A DNA stretch of 64,000 nucleotides from a virus, in IMG/VR virus record IMGVR_UViG_3300027754_000047, positions 1 to 64,000 of that record; one strand, written 5' to 3'. Position numbers and translations under genes: made by a program. Position 1 is the stretch's first letter. Each line of letters starts with the position of its first letter. The notes below the pieces were generated by a model. The model did not search any database. It was given only the letters and a program-made list of their open reading frames with translations, and was not told where the DNA came from. Shown piece by piece: positions 19,790-28,400 of the stretch.

Positions 19790-20001
19790 ATGGTTACCAC
19801 CTCAAATGTCGTCCAGCCGCCGCGCCGCCGTCGAATCTTCTTAGCTTCCATTTCCCCCTTTACCATTGCCAATGTCCTATATTTGTAAGGGCCAATTGTT
19901 ACATATGGCTGTGACTGCGCTTCGACAGTGAAGCGGTGGTAAATGGTAGTAATGTATCGATTAACTTCATGAATTTCTTTTTTTGTTTTCATTACGGTCA
20001 T
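19786..20001 (-). CDS. Hypothetical basic protein
   Basis: ORF with an ATGA overlap to the ligase. Confidence 0.5.
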   Translation of the reverse strand: MTVMKTKKEIHEVNRYITTIYHRFTVEAQSQPYVTIGPYKYRTLAMVKGEMEAKKIRRRRGGWTTFEVVTI

Positions 20002-20051
20002 TACATGTTAGGATCTGCACTCCTAGTGAGGCCAGATCGTGTTACTTTTTG

Positions 20052-20096
20052 AAAAACTACCCCGCTAGTTAGAGTACGCTTCTAACTAGCGGGGTA
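20052..20096 (-). terminator. Intrinsic terminator
   Basis: 16-bp stem TACCCCGCTAGTTAGA/TCTAACTAGCGGGGTA followed by a T-tract on the minus strand. Confidence 0.75.
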
Positions 20097-20121
20097 AATC
20101 GGAGGTAATAGCTGTGATCGG

Positions 20122-20361
20122 TTACCGTCGAGTAGAAGCCTTACAGCAGGCTTCCTTATCTTCTATAGCTTTCAATTCCGCTTCAAACTCAGCCAGGCTT
20201 GCGCTCATCTTTTCGAATTCACTCCAGACGTCTCGCATTTGGTGGCTGTCAATCAACTCTGCGAGTTGCTTTTTTGTATTCCAGTACATTACGGTCACTA
20301 CCGCAAAACCAGTAAGAGCCAAGAAAAATCCAACCAACGCGTAATTCAAGTCAAAATACAT
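20122..20361 (-). CDS. TM-anchored coiled-coil protein
   Basis: Start MYFDLN after AGGAG; ALVGFFLALTGFAVVTVMYW. Confidence 0.6.
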   Translation of the reverse strand: MYFDLNYALVGFFLALTGFAVVTVMYWNTKKQLAELIDSHQMRDVWSEFEKMSASLAEFEAELKAIEDKEACCKASTRR

Positions 20362-20505
20362 GTTACTCCTTAAGTAAAATACCAACGAAAGTCAGTCAAC
20401 CAAAACGATTGTAATTAGCTTAGCGAGGCTTCATCACCTAAATTCCTTGATTTCAATTCGGTCGAAGTGTTTGTCAGAATACTAACGCTAGAAAGAGTTG
20501 AAGTG

Positions 20506-21057
20506 TCATCGGTGGTGTCTGAGGTCGTCATACATCTTCAGCAGATCGTCATACTTCTTCTTGAGAGCATCACGGCCGTCCTTGATTCGGACTCCCTTGG
20601 CGAACTCATCGTAGTTCTCATCAAGGACGAAACGAATGGTCTTGACTTTGAGTTCCTTGCTGGCGAGTTCTTGTTGCCCTTGAATCAAGTCGAGAACGCC
20701 CTTCTTGTCCATTGTGGTTGAATCATCCCATTGACTGACCAGTGCTTTGACTTCCTTGAGTGTCTTGGCATCAATCAAAACTTGACGCAGAAGGTCGGAA
20801 TACTCATTCACTTGGTCTTTGCTGATTGGAGTGCGAATGAACTTCGGCGCTTTGGTATCGGTATCTGGATTGCCGCTTCCATCGGCGGAGAATCCTCCGT
20901 CGGCGCCAGCGCCTCCAAGTAGCCCACCAGGACGATTGACTTGAGTATCGCCAGATGGTGCGCGGCGACCACCAAGTCCCTCACCAGGTGGTGTGGGTGT
21001 GGCGAATGCGAGTGCCGAAGTTGCGACCAGAGCTGTTGCGATAAGTGTCTTAATCAT
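20506..21057 (-). CDS. Secreted protein
   Basis: Signal peptide MIKTLIATALVATSALAFA, Gly-rich linker, helical C-domain. Confidence 0.7.
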   Translation of the reverse strand: MIKTLIATALVATSALAFATPTPPGEGLGGRRAPSGDTQVNRPGGLLGGAGADGGFSADGSGNPDTDTKAPKFIRTPISKDQVNEYSDLLRQVLIDAKTLKEVKALVSQWDDSTTMDKKGVLDLIQGQQELASKELKVKTIRFVLDENYDEFAKGVRIKDGRDALKKKYDDLLKMYDDLRHHR

Positions 21058-21106
21058 TGTGTATTTCCTTGTTCAATGTATTGCTTGCAGTATTCGTGAA
21101 ATGCTT

Positions 21107-21301
21107 CTAAGGCTTCCTTGCTTGCATCGCTTCCTTTAGCTCCGGGGAAAGCATATGGGAGGCTGTTCGGTATCCTTTGAATTCTGTTTGAAGTCCAGAA
21201 TTAGCCTGGATTACTAACTCCTTAGCCAACGTCGTTACTTTCAATAACTCGGCCTTAAGTTCTGCAATCTCTTTCTTTAACTCTGCAATTTCTTCAGTCA
21301 T
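21107..21301 (-). CDS. Small coiled-coil protein
   Basis: EIAELKKEIAELKAEL heptads. Confidence 0.6.
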   Translation of the reverse strand: MTEEIAELKKEIAELKAELLKVTTLAKELVIQANSGLQTEFKGYRTASHMLSPELKEAMQARKP

Positions 21302-21636
21302 GGCTGCGCCCCTGTAAGAGGTGTTTCTGGGGTGTCAGGGGTTTCGGGCAGTTGGTACAAGCCCGTAAGAATTGCAGTCATCACAATCTTTCCTACCCCT
21401 CGAGCCCACTCTCGGTCTTGCTCTTTGCTGGCTTCTGAAAGCTCAGCATAAGGCACCAACAATCCAGCCCAACGATCTTTGCGAGCCTGGCTTATACCAG
21501 GTTCGCTCAATAGTAAAGCCTTTGCCCATTCCATCCACTGAACGTGTTCAAACTCAGCCAAGGCTTCCAAGATCCTCGGATCAATAAAAGGCTTGAGTGT
21601 ATGTTGCTCGGTTGTTTCAATTTCAACTGTTTCCAA
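21298..21636 (-). CDS. RyR-domain-like protein
   Basis: LAEFEHVQW...LLVPYAELSEASKEQDR matches the RyR repeat consensus. Confidence 0.65.
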   Translation of the reverse strand: METVEIETTEQHTLKPFIDPRILEALAEFEHVQWMEWAKALLLSEPGISQARKDRWAGLLVPYAELSEASKEQDREWARGVGKIVMTAILTGLYQLPETPDTPETPLTGAQP

Positions 21637-21638
21637 TG

Positions 21639-22220
21639 TTAATCCTTTTGTTCCAATTCAACTTTGTCGACGGAAGCCACAGCTTTGAGCACCAACTTTA
21701 TTGCGTGCTCAAAGTTTCCAAGTTCTGTTTCGGCGTTAGCCACTCTCAGCGTTAACGTAAAGTCTCGGCGTTTTTGCAAGTCTTTAATTAGACTACCAAG
21801 CATTTCTGCTGCATCGATTGCAGCTAAGGTAGACTCCTTATCGTAAGGGGTTGCAGGTGGCGAGTAACGAGCAATAACTTGCTCAATTTTTATGTCTTTG
21901 AGCTGTAAAGCCAACTGAGTTAGTTGAGCTCTAACGTAGTCCTCGTTTTTTGGTTTGGCTTTATCGCAAAAATGGCCACAGTCAAAGCCAAGGGCCCACT
22001 CAGTTGCCATCCCTCCTAAGCTTTTTGCTGAAGCTGAATAGGTTACCCCTCCGTGTACCTCAACCCCTACCACATCTTGATAAGGAACCCCATTTAATGG
22101 ATGCCCAGCAGGTAACAATACATACCCGCACAAGTGCCCTGCCCAGGGATTTCTCACCATTACGCAAGGATACCCAGTATCTTTGTCTATCCAGGTTATA
22201 TCTGTCGTTGCGCCTGTCAT
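21639..22220 (-). CDS. Conserved phage hypothetical protein
   Basis: HLCGYV, VHGGVTY and GFDCGH motifs; start MTGATT after AAGGA (the track start overlaps the tRNA). Confidence 0.7.
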   Translation of the reverse strand: MTGATTDITWIDKDTGYPCVMVRNPWAGHLCGYVLLPAGHPLNGVPYQDVVGVEVHGGVTYSASAKSLGGMATEWALGFDCGHFCDKAKPKNEDYVRAQLTQLALQLKDIKIEQVIARYSPPATPYDKESTLAAIDAAEMLGSLIKDLQKRRDFTLTLRVANAETELGNFEHAIKLVLKAVASVDKVELEQKD

Positions 22221-22302
22221 AGTTTTCCTTTTCTTGTTTTTATTTAGTACGAATGCCCAGGGGGGGACTTGAACCCCCATGCCGTTGAAGGCTGCGGATT
22301 TT

Positions 22303-23057
22303 CTTACTACTCCGGAATTTCTCCGGCCCTTTCGGTTGTAGTCTGGACTATATCTTCCCCTTCAACTAAATGGTCAGGGGTATCGTGCATAGTCTCTGAA
22401 CCTTCCACTTGCAACGTTTTCTCGTTGCTTAGCGGCTCGGCTGCTGATTGGCCAATTTCCCATATTTTTATAACTTTCACGGTCGCTGTTTCCAGCCACG
22501 TTGTAGTCATGGGAACTATAAGGCTATTCCAGCAATTCTCGATATTCTCAATCTTTGATTTCTCAAAGATGACTCTTTGACAATTCAAGAACCAATGGAG
22601 TCGGCCGTGCATCTTCCTGGTAATTACCAAGAGATTAGTTGAATCATTATTCTTAGGATTGGCGTCCATATGATGGACTACTTCATGGGTTTGAAGTTTT
22701 CTACCTAGAATAGATTCCGCTATTGCACGGTGCTTCCAAAGCTGGCCGGTTGCTTTAAACGATTCAGGATCGTACTCATACTGGTTTGTATGAACTCCTT
22801 TATCGCATAAAAGACTTCTACAAGCTTTGCAGAATAGAGCGGATCCTCTAGCCGCAGAGAAAACACAACTACATGCTTTACAAGACAAGGTATAGGAATA
22901 CCTGCCTTGAGTTTCAAAGCGCTGTTTAGCTGATTCTCTTTTGGTTAGTAAGTAACACATTCTGCAAAGCTTTCGACCGACTTGTCTTGGACTGTCACAT
23001 TTAGAACATATTAACATGGCGTTTAGTATAACGCGTCTGCCAGTAAGTTCAAAATCA
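22303..23057 (-). mobile_element. Group I intron (755 nt) in the tRNA-Leu anticodon (U^AA)
   Basis: U before the 5' splice site and terminal G. IGS GAGUC (22575-22571) pairs with exon GACUU, giving the U-G wobble. P2 AUCUUUGA-GAAA-UCAAAGAU; P AAUUGCUGGAA, Q AAUCAGCAG, R GUUCAGAGACUA, S AAGAUAUAGUCC; P9 hairpins. Confidence 0.92.
22307..23017 (-). CDS. Intron-encoded HNH homing endonuclease (236 aa)
   Basis: Four CxxC pairs, then HRAIAESILGRKL...VVHHMDANPKNNDSTNL...HGRLH. Confidence 0.85.
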   Translation of the reverse strand: MLICSKCDSPRQVGRKLCRMCYLLTKRESAKQRFETQGRYSYTLSCKACSCVFSAARGSALFCKACRSLLCDKGVHTNQYEYDPESFKATGQLWKHRAIAESILGRKLQTHEVVHHMDANPKNNDSTNLLVITRKMHGRLHWFLNCQRVIFEKSKIENIENCWNSLIVPMTTTWLETATVKVIKIWEIGQSAAEPLSNEKTLQVEGSETMHDTPDHLVEGEDIVQTTTERAGEIPE

Positions 23058-23140
23058 AAGTCCGCTGCGTCTGCCAATTTCGCCACCTGGGCCTAACTAG
23101 CTAGCACATAGTACTGCTAGTAGATTGAATTAGCAAGTAC

Positions 23141-23518
23141 CTACTGCTTAGTTTCATTTGCGGCCATGTACAGCAACAAACACTCCTCAAACGCGTGTAT
23201 CGTTGGTGCGAGTCCATCCACGTCGTTTTGGTACCCCTCATCTATGGGTATTCTGTCTGCTGCTTCCTTGTACCGGTCCCATGCGTTTACCAGCTCAGTG
23301 ATAGACTCATTTGTCACCAGCCTAGAATCTGCTGTATTAAATATGACCTGCTCAATGGGAGCTAAGCAGCTTATTAAGTATGTTTGTCTTTTTGCCAGCA
23401 GTTTTGTTGCCAGGTCCAAGATAGCGTATGAATTGCATAACTGGCAGTACGCCAATTCGCAAACTATCGAGTCACCCATTTTTGCCCTTTCTGTAAGAAA
23501 ACTTGTAAACGCGGCCAC
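23141..23518 (-). CDS. Hypothetical protein (start uncertain)
   Basis: ORF in operon order. Confidence 0.5.
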   Translation of the reverse strand: MAAFTSFLTERAKMGDSIVCELAYCQLCNSYAILDLATKLLAKRQTYLISCLAPIEQVIFNTADSRLVTNESITELVNAWDRYKEAADRIPIDEGYQNDVDGLAPTIHAFEECLLLYMAANETKQ

Positions 23519-23990
23519 GCGAAATTACGGGCATTTTCTTTAGCCCTTGCATTGCATTATTTTGCACAGCTGCAACGGCGAGTAACGCATCCACTGTTTT
23601 CTGCCACTCAGGCGGCCCAAGCAGAGCCGCAGTTGCAATTTTCTTGTCGCTATTACGTAGCCCAACCAACATGATGTAAGGGCCTGAGTAATCGTGGACA
23701 ACACCTAGATATAAGCTTAACCTATCCTGGCCAAGCTGGCTTATTAAATTGGCTGCGGTTAAGGCGTTGTATTGGTCGGTAAAATAATGACCAAACAAAC
23801 AAAAGTTATTAAAGTCAGCAACATCGATGTTGTCGTTAATCTTTTGAAACTCCAGCTTAATTCGCATTGCGCATTCATATAAGCCAACATCTAGCAGCCT
23901 ACACTCAGCTGCTAGATACTTAAAAGTTTTAACCAGTGCTGGCTGCAGCATGGCTATTGCTGCTTGTGCATCTTCTTTACTAGCTTTCAT
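23472..23990 (-). CDS. Hypothetical protein
   Basis: ORF in operon order. Confidence 0.55.
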   Translation of the reverse strand: MKASKEDAQAAIAMLQPALVKTFKYLAAECRLLDVGLYECAMRIKLEFQKINDNIDVADFNNFCLFGHYFTDQYNALTAANLISQLGQDRLSLYLGVVHDYSGPYIMLVGLRNSDKKIATAALLGPPEWQKTVDALLAVAAVQNNAMQGLKKMPVISRGRVYKFSYRKGKNG

Positions 23991-24071
23991 GTCTTTCTTT
24001 CTTGTTGGTTTGGGTGTTTGTCTGAATGCGGCGTGTGCGGAGTGCCTTGCGGTTGTGGATCAATCGAGCTC

Positions 24072-24308
24072 TCAGCGAAGGTATCGAGCCAACTCCTGAT
24101 AGAATTTGAGCTTATCGTCATCCGATAGAGAAGAAAGCCATTCATCTGCGGTTTGCGGTCTTGCAGCAATCTCAGCTAATTGCTTCCATTCCTCAAAGGC
24201 GATTAGATCGCCTTTACGCGCGAGCTGTTCAAGGTAATGGATTCTATTGCGCATGATGGTCTTTGCGTCTAGGTCTGGAACAACAGGAACAACAAGGAAA
24301 TGTGTCAT
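24072..24308 (-). CDS. Hypothetical protein with an RIHYLEQLARKGDLIAF module
   Basis: Shares a 46-nt identical segment with the upstream gene. Confidence 0.55.
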   Translation of the reverse strand: MTHFLVVPVVPDLDAKTIMRNRIHYLEQLARKGDLIAFEEWKQLAEIAARPQTADEWLSSLSDDDKLKFYQELARYLR

Positions 24309-24679
24309 AAATCGACCATGACTCCCGTAAAGGTGATGTCGGGCATTCGTCCAATGTCAACGACATCGTGATTTCCAGTCAAATACTTCCATTCTTGAAA
24401 GGCTATTAGATCGCCTTTACGCGCGAGCTGTTCAAGGTAATGGATTCTATCGCGAATAAGAGCTCTTCGGTTTGCTTCAGCTTGCTCTAAAGCTAGCATA
24501 TCTGCGTCATAAGAGCGGCGAATCGCTGCCCTTTCGCGTTCATGCTCGATGAAGAGGAGGATGAGGAGGATGAAGACGATGAGGATGATGAAGGTTTTGA
24601 TGAAGGTTGAAAGGACATCCGCCCAGAATTCACCCGATCCAAGACCAGCAATGAGATCAGCAATGATGGCGTTGGTCAT
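24305..24679 (-). CDS. Membrane protein with an RIHYLEQLARKGDLIAF module
   Basis: TM segment FIILIVFILLILLFI plus the duplicated module. Confidence 0.6.
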   Translation of the reverse strand: MTNAIIADLIAGLGSGEFWADVLSTFIKTFIILIVFILLILLFIEHERERAAIRRSYDADMLALEQAEANRRALIRDRIHYLEQLARKGDLIAFQEWKYLTGNHDVVDIGRMPDITFTGVMVDL

Positions 24680-25357
24680 TTAGTTTTCTTTCTTGATTAA
24701 AGAAGTAGGTGGAGTTAGCTTACCAGGCAAAGTAAGCATGCCGGCCTTACTGTAGGTCCGGTAATTCGACATATGTATATGCCTGGCTTGTAACGTTAAG
24801 GCTGGGTTGGAAACCAAATAACCTGCTGTTGCTGCCGTGTAGGCAATGCACTGATCACAACGGATTTGGCCCATTTCAAAGTTAGCATTGGTTATTTTAT
24901 TTTGGCCTTGCCAACTCCAAACGTCTTGGCTGTACTCCTTGTGCGGATCCAGCTGCCACACTTGGGAACAAGGCTCAACAAGTATGTACCGAGTAATGCA
25001 AAAGAAGTCATGGGTTTGCAACATTGTTGACAGTTTGCTAAAGGATTCCGTTAATACGATGTCGTTATTAAGCAGAACATGTACTGCCGTTGAATCAGTA
25101 TTTTTATTTGCCAAGTCGAAGAACTGTTGAAAGGTTGGTCGATTTGCAACTGAATGTATTGAAACCTTCTCAGCTAAAGCTGGAGCCAAATCAGCAACAA
25201 ATGCTTTAGCTGCTTGTGCTTCCTGGGTTAGGAACATGACTCTTGTTACCCAAGATCTGCCTACGTTGCTGCTTATGGCATACTTTATCTCTTCGACCCG
25301 CATGATTGCATTAGGCTTGTTGCTGGCGGGAACCCAGTAGTCAAGGTACAAGTTCAC
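24680..25357 (-). CDS. Putative GT-A-like glycosyltransferase
   Basis: RPTF, LLNNDI, SQDVW, GQIRCD, NP...H.H pattern of viral glycosyltransferase-like proteins. Confidence 0.5.
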   Translation of the reverse strand: MNLYLDYWVPASNKPNAIMRVEEIKYAISSNVGRSWVTRVMFLTQEAQAAKAFVADLAPALAEKVSIHSVANRPTFQQFFDLANKNTDSTAVHVLLNNDIVLTESFSKLSTMLQTHDFFCITRYILVEPCSQVWQLDPHKEYSQDVWSWQGQNKITNANFEMGQIRCDQCIAYTAATAGYLVSNPALTLQARHIHMSNYRTYSKAGMLTLPGKLTPPTSLIKKEN

Positions 25358-25380
25358 GTAGCCGCTCCTTGCTAATAGAT

Positions 25381-25752
25381 TTAACCAACTATATCAATGA
25401 GAGCCCTCATGTACTGCTCTACGTCAGCTACGTCTGGGTGGACTACAGCGAATGCAGTTACTTGCCGCTGCATTCGCATGCAGGCGTGTTGAGCCACTGG
25501 CGCACATTGAGTCCTTATGTTCTTCTCGTTGCTGATCCAACTACGAACGTTCTTGGCTGACCCAATGGCTGCACAGGGAAAGTCGTTTAAAAGCAGAATA
25601 CACAACGGCTTGAGTGCCGCTAAGTTTTCTTTATCCAATCTGCTGATTGCGCAGAATAAAGATCCTTCCAAGACGGCCTTAATACCATCTCCGGGGGGAA
25701 TTCCCAATAGCAAGTATCGCTCTAACGTTTCGATTGTCTGAACTGGAATCAT
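25381..25752 (-). CDS. Hypothetical phage protein
   Basis: ORF with RY...GIPPG...AVL segment. Confidence 0.6.
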   Translation of the reverse strand: MIPVQTIETLERYLLLGIPPGDGIKAVLEGSLFCAISRLDKENLAALKPLCILLLNDFPCAAIGSAKNVRSWISNEKNIRTQCAPVAQHACMRMQRQVTAFAVVHPDVADVEQYMRALIDIVG

Positions 25753-25981
25753 GTTTTTGCCTTTACGTAAGTGCCCATTTAATAGCTACGGAACAGTTAT
25801 TAATTAACATAACACAGCTATCATTTGAAGTAAAAAACTTTTTAGGGTTTAATAGATTCAAATGATAGCTGTTATGTTATGTGGCCCGTAGGCCTATGGT
25901 ATTTAACGTTTATTTTAAACAATTAACTCGAGTCTAAGTTAGTTGTTTAAAATAGTGTTAAAGGCAAATGGATATTGTTAA

Positions 25982-26055
25982 CGCATCTGGCTGGACTCGA
26001 ACCAGCGACCAGCGGCTTAGAAGGCCGCTACTCTATCCAACTGAGCTACAGATGC
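25982..26055 (-). tRNA. trnR: tRNA-Arg(UCU)
   Basis: GCATCTGTAGCTCAGTTGGATAGAGTAGCGGCCTTCTAAGCCGCTGGTCGCTGGTTCGAGTCCAGCCAGATGCG forms a cloverleaf with anticodon TCT. Confidence 0.95.
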
Positions 26056-26061
26056 TGTGGC

Positions 26062-26616
26062 TCAGTCTGCTTCAATCATTTTCATGGCGTCCCCAAAGCC
26101 TAAGCTGCAATGGCCATTGTACTGATACTCTTGGGCCAAGATTACAAGATTGGCTATTGAACTGCAAGCGCAGCCTAAGGAGGTCGGAGGATCCAACGGC
26201 TCAGGCAATTCGGTAAGCAGCCTAGTTCGACAAGCCAACACTTGCCCAAACCTGTGTTGCAGCTTTGGCCCTTTTAGGCCCTTGTGTAACAACAAGGCGG
26301 TCCAAAGTTCGGCCTCAAAGACCATACCTAGTAGCAATTTGCGGTACTGATCAAAGGCTTTAGCTCGACAAGTATCGCAAATTGCAGGTTGACTGTACCC
26401 GATACAAAACACTTTGCTGCTGTTTGGCTCTACCAGCTCTATTTTTCTTGTGGTTAGTACTACAGGCATAACCACTTTGTTATGGCAGGTGTCAAAGTAG
26501 CAGGGCTCCTTAACAGTTCCTGTAGGGCTGAGTTGTAACCTGCTTCGGATGTTTGTCCGGGCTATTTGGTATTCGATCACCATTGCGGTTAACGTCTGGC
26601 TAATTCCTTGAGTCAC
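26062..26616 (-). CDS. Hypothetical protein with Cys pairs
   Basis: ORF downstream of the promoter at 26735-26763. Confidence 0.55.
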   Translation of the reverse strand: MTQGISQTLTAMVIEYQIARTNIRSRLQLSPTGTVKEPCYFDTCHNKVVMPVVLTTRKIELVEPNSSKVFCIGYSQPAICDTCRAKAFDQYRKLLLGMVFEAELWTALLLHKGLKGPKLQHRFGQVLACRTRLLTELPEPLDPPTSLGCACSSIANLVILAQEYQYNGHCSLGFGDAMKMIEAD

Positions 26617-26734
26617 TTGATACTTACCTTTTTTTTCTTGCTTTTATGCTATGCCTCCTTGTAGGAGTAACATACATTGCATCAATTTTACCTCTTTTTA
26701 GGAGGCATCAATTGGTAGGGGTGTACGTCTAGTT

Positions 26735-26763
26735 ATATTAACGTATAAATGGGCTTAATTTAC
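26735..26763 (-). promoter_or_regulatory. Phage promoter motif GTAAAT-N17-TAATAT
   Basis: Matches the recurrent (C)TAAA(A/T)-N17-TA motif and lies just downstream of a terminator. Confidence 0.55.
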
Positions 26764-26819
26764 GATATAAGCTTGAGGTGTTTAAGGGTAAAATAGTTTA
26801 ACTTTAACCCCAATAAAAT

Positions 26820-26855
26820 AAAACCCCCAGCCAAAGTTTTTTGGCTGGGGGTTTT
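26820..26855 (-). terminator. Intrinsic terminator ending the virion-protein cluster
   Basis: AAAACCCCCAGCCAAA/TTTGGCTGGGGGTTTT stem. Confidence 0.8.
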
Positions 26856-26905
26856 GTCGTGATATTAACCAAACACTGACGGGAGATCTATTTAGTTCTA
26901 AAATT

Positions 26906-27151
26906 TTACGTAAGTCTGCTGCCAAAGGCTCCACCTAAGAGGCCACCAAGAAGCAGACCTGGCAGCGGCTTAGTCTCCTTGATTACTAAGTCAGATTTCT
27001 TAGCACGAAGTAGTTTAAAGTCTTCTGCATCAAGCTGCTCGTTATTGTTGACATCCAACTCATCCTGATCTCCAAGGAGCTCTTCTGCTACAGGAGTAGC
27101 AGCTGCTTGCTTTAAAATCATGTATTTAAGGTTGTTTGCAATTTTAATCAT
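26906..27151 (-). CDS. Small K-x-A leader protein with an EF-hand-like loop and Gly zipper
   Basis: MIKIANNL...LKQAA, LDVNNNEQLDAEDF, GLLLGGLLGG. Confidence 0.65.
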   Translation of the reverse strand: MIKIANNLKYMILKQAAATPVAEELLGDQDELDVNNNEQLDAEDFKLLRAKKSDLVIKETKPLPGLLLGGLLGGAFGSRLT

Positions 27152-27182
27152 AGTTGGTTCCTTTAAAGGTAACGGTTTTAAC

Positions 27183-27737
27183 TTATTCAGCTGTCATTTT
27201 GTCATAAGCCCTAAAAGGTACACTAGCCAACATCTTGCCGTAATTTGCGGCAGCTAAACCTGCCTGACCAATGGTTGTCGTGGTATCCGAGTTTCCGGAA
27301 CTAAGCAAATCGTTAAGGTAAGCGCCAAACGAGCCTCGACCGCTGAAGCGTTCGTCACCAGTTGCCATTAAACCACCAATGGTGTGGTCTAACTTGGTGT
27401 TACGGCCCTTAATTCCTGTACTCATACCTGCACCATAGTAGCCAGCTGCACCACCAGCACCGGCGCCTAGGAGGCCGGCAATAATTGCATTACGCTTCTT
27501 GTTCTTGTCATCGCTAGCAAAATACCCGCCGGCAGCGCCTGCGCCGCCGCCGAGCAATGCAAGTATAGCGGCAGCTGGAATTTTACCTGCTTCGGTAGCG
27601 CCATCGTAGGTAAAAGGAGCGTTCAGGTTGAGGGCATCAGGTACGCTGCCACCTTGGGGAACATCCATTGCTTGTTTGCCATAATTTGGACTGTGGGGTG
27701 CGTAGGCACTTTTTAAATTCGATGCGAGCTTAATCAT
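27183..27737 (-). CDS. Glycine-zipper putative virion protein
   Basis: MIKLASNLKSA leader; ALLGGGAGAAGG-DDKNKKRN-AIIAGLLGAGAGG hairpin. Confidence 0.7.
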   Translation of the reverse strand: MIKLASNLKSAYAPHSPNYGKQAMDVPQGGSVPDALNLNAPFTYDGATEAGKIPAAAILALLGGGAGAAGGYFASDDKNKKRNAIIAGLLGAGAGGAAGYYGAGMSTGIKGRNTKLDHTIGGLMATGDERFSGRGSFGAYLNDLLSSGNSDTTTTIGQAGLAAANYGKMLASVPFRAYDKMTAE

Positions 27738-27791
27738 AGGTGGTTCCTTTAACGGTAATAAGGTGGAGAGAGTAGTATACCTTATGTTTAA

Positions 27792-28400
27792 TTAATCGTA
27801 AAGTTTAATAGTGGGGGCAAGTTTAGGATTGGCTCTAAGTTTTTCCCTAGTTAGGCTTCGACCGAATAAACCGCCTAATAAGCCTACAGTGCCAGCTCCG
27901 CCTAAGCCCAACAAAGTGGCTGCCGCTATGCGGTTAAAAGAACTAGGTGGGCCATCAGCTAAGCCATACCCTAAGCCTGCTCCGCCTAGGCCTCCTAATA
28001 CAGCACTTATAGTGGCCCAGTTACCAAAACTAGCGTTTAGTTTATTTAACAGTTGTTTTTCGGTTTTACGAAAAGTGTTCTTAGCTTCTTGAAGTCTAGC
28101 TGCTTCTTGCCAATAAGCGTGGCCGGCCCCTAACTTACTACCTACACCAAAACCTAACACAGCGCCAGGTGGGCCTCCCATTAAGCCTCCAGCTACAGCT
28201 GCAGGTAAACCATAACCTGCCTGATATAGCGCTGAGTCTGCTAGTTCGTAAAGGCGTTGAGTATTAACAAAACTAGGCCCCAAGTGTTGCCGCTTAAGAT
28301 CATACTGATCATCTCGAAATAAAGACTCAGTAGAACTGGGAGTGGCTATTAACTTAGCCAACTCTACCGATGAATCTAGTAAGTTTTTTTCTTTAGCCAT
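27792..28400 (-). CDS. Glycine-zipper putative virion protein
   Basis: Several GxxxG hydrophobic segments. Confidence 0.7.
   Translation of the reverse strand: MAKEKNLLDSSVELAKLIATPSSTESLFRDDQYDLKRQHLGPSFVNTQRLYELADSALYQAGYGLPAAVAGGLMGGPPGAVLGFGVGSKLGAGHAYWQEAARLQEAKNTFRKTEKQLLNKLNASFGNWATISAVLGGLGGAGLGYGLADGPPSSFNRIAAATLLGLGGAGTVGLLGGLFGRSLTREKLRANPKLAPTIKLYD

Larger units (their letters stand above)
22254..23092 (-). tRNA. trnL: tRNA-Leu(UAA), intron-split (exons 23092-23058 and 22302-22254)
   Basis: The joined exons GCCCAGGTGGCGAAATTGGCAGACGCAGCGGACTT and AAAATCCGCAGCCTTCAACGGCATGGGGGTTCAAGTCCCCCCCTGGGCA give an acceptor stem, anticodon arm GCGGA-CTTAAAA-TCCGC, long variable arm and discriminator A. 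CCA is not encoded. Confidence 0.93.

Noticed and set aside
22221-23086. Track starts at 23086 (HNH) and 22280 (downstream gene)
   Set aside because: Both extensions lie within tRNA-Leu exons; ATG 23017 and ATG 22220 are preferred.
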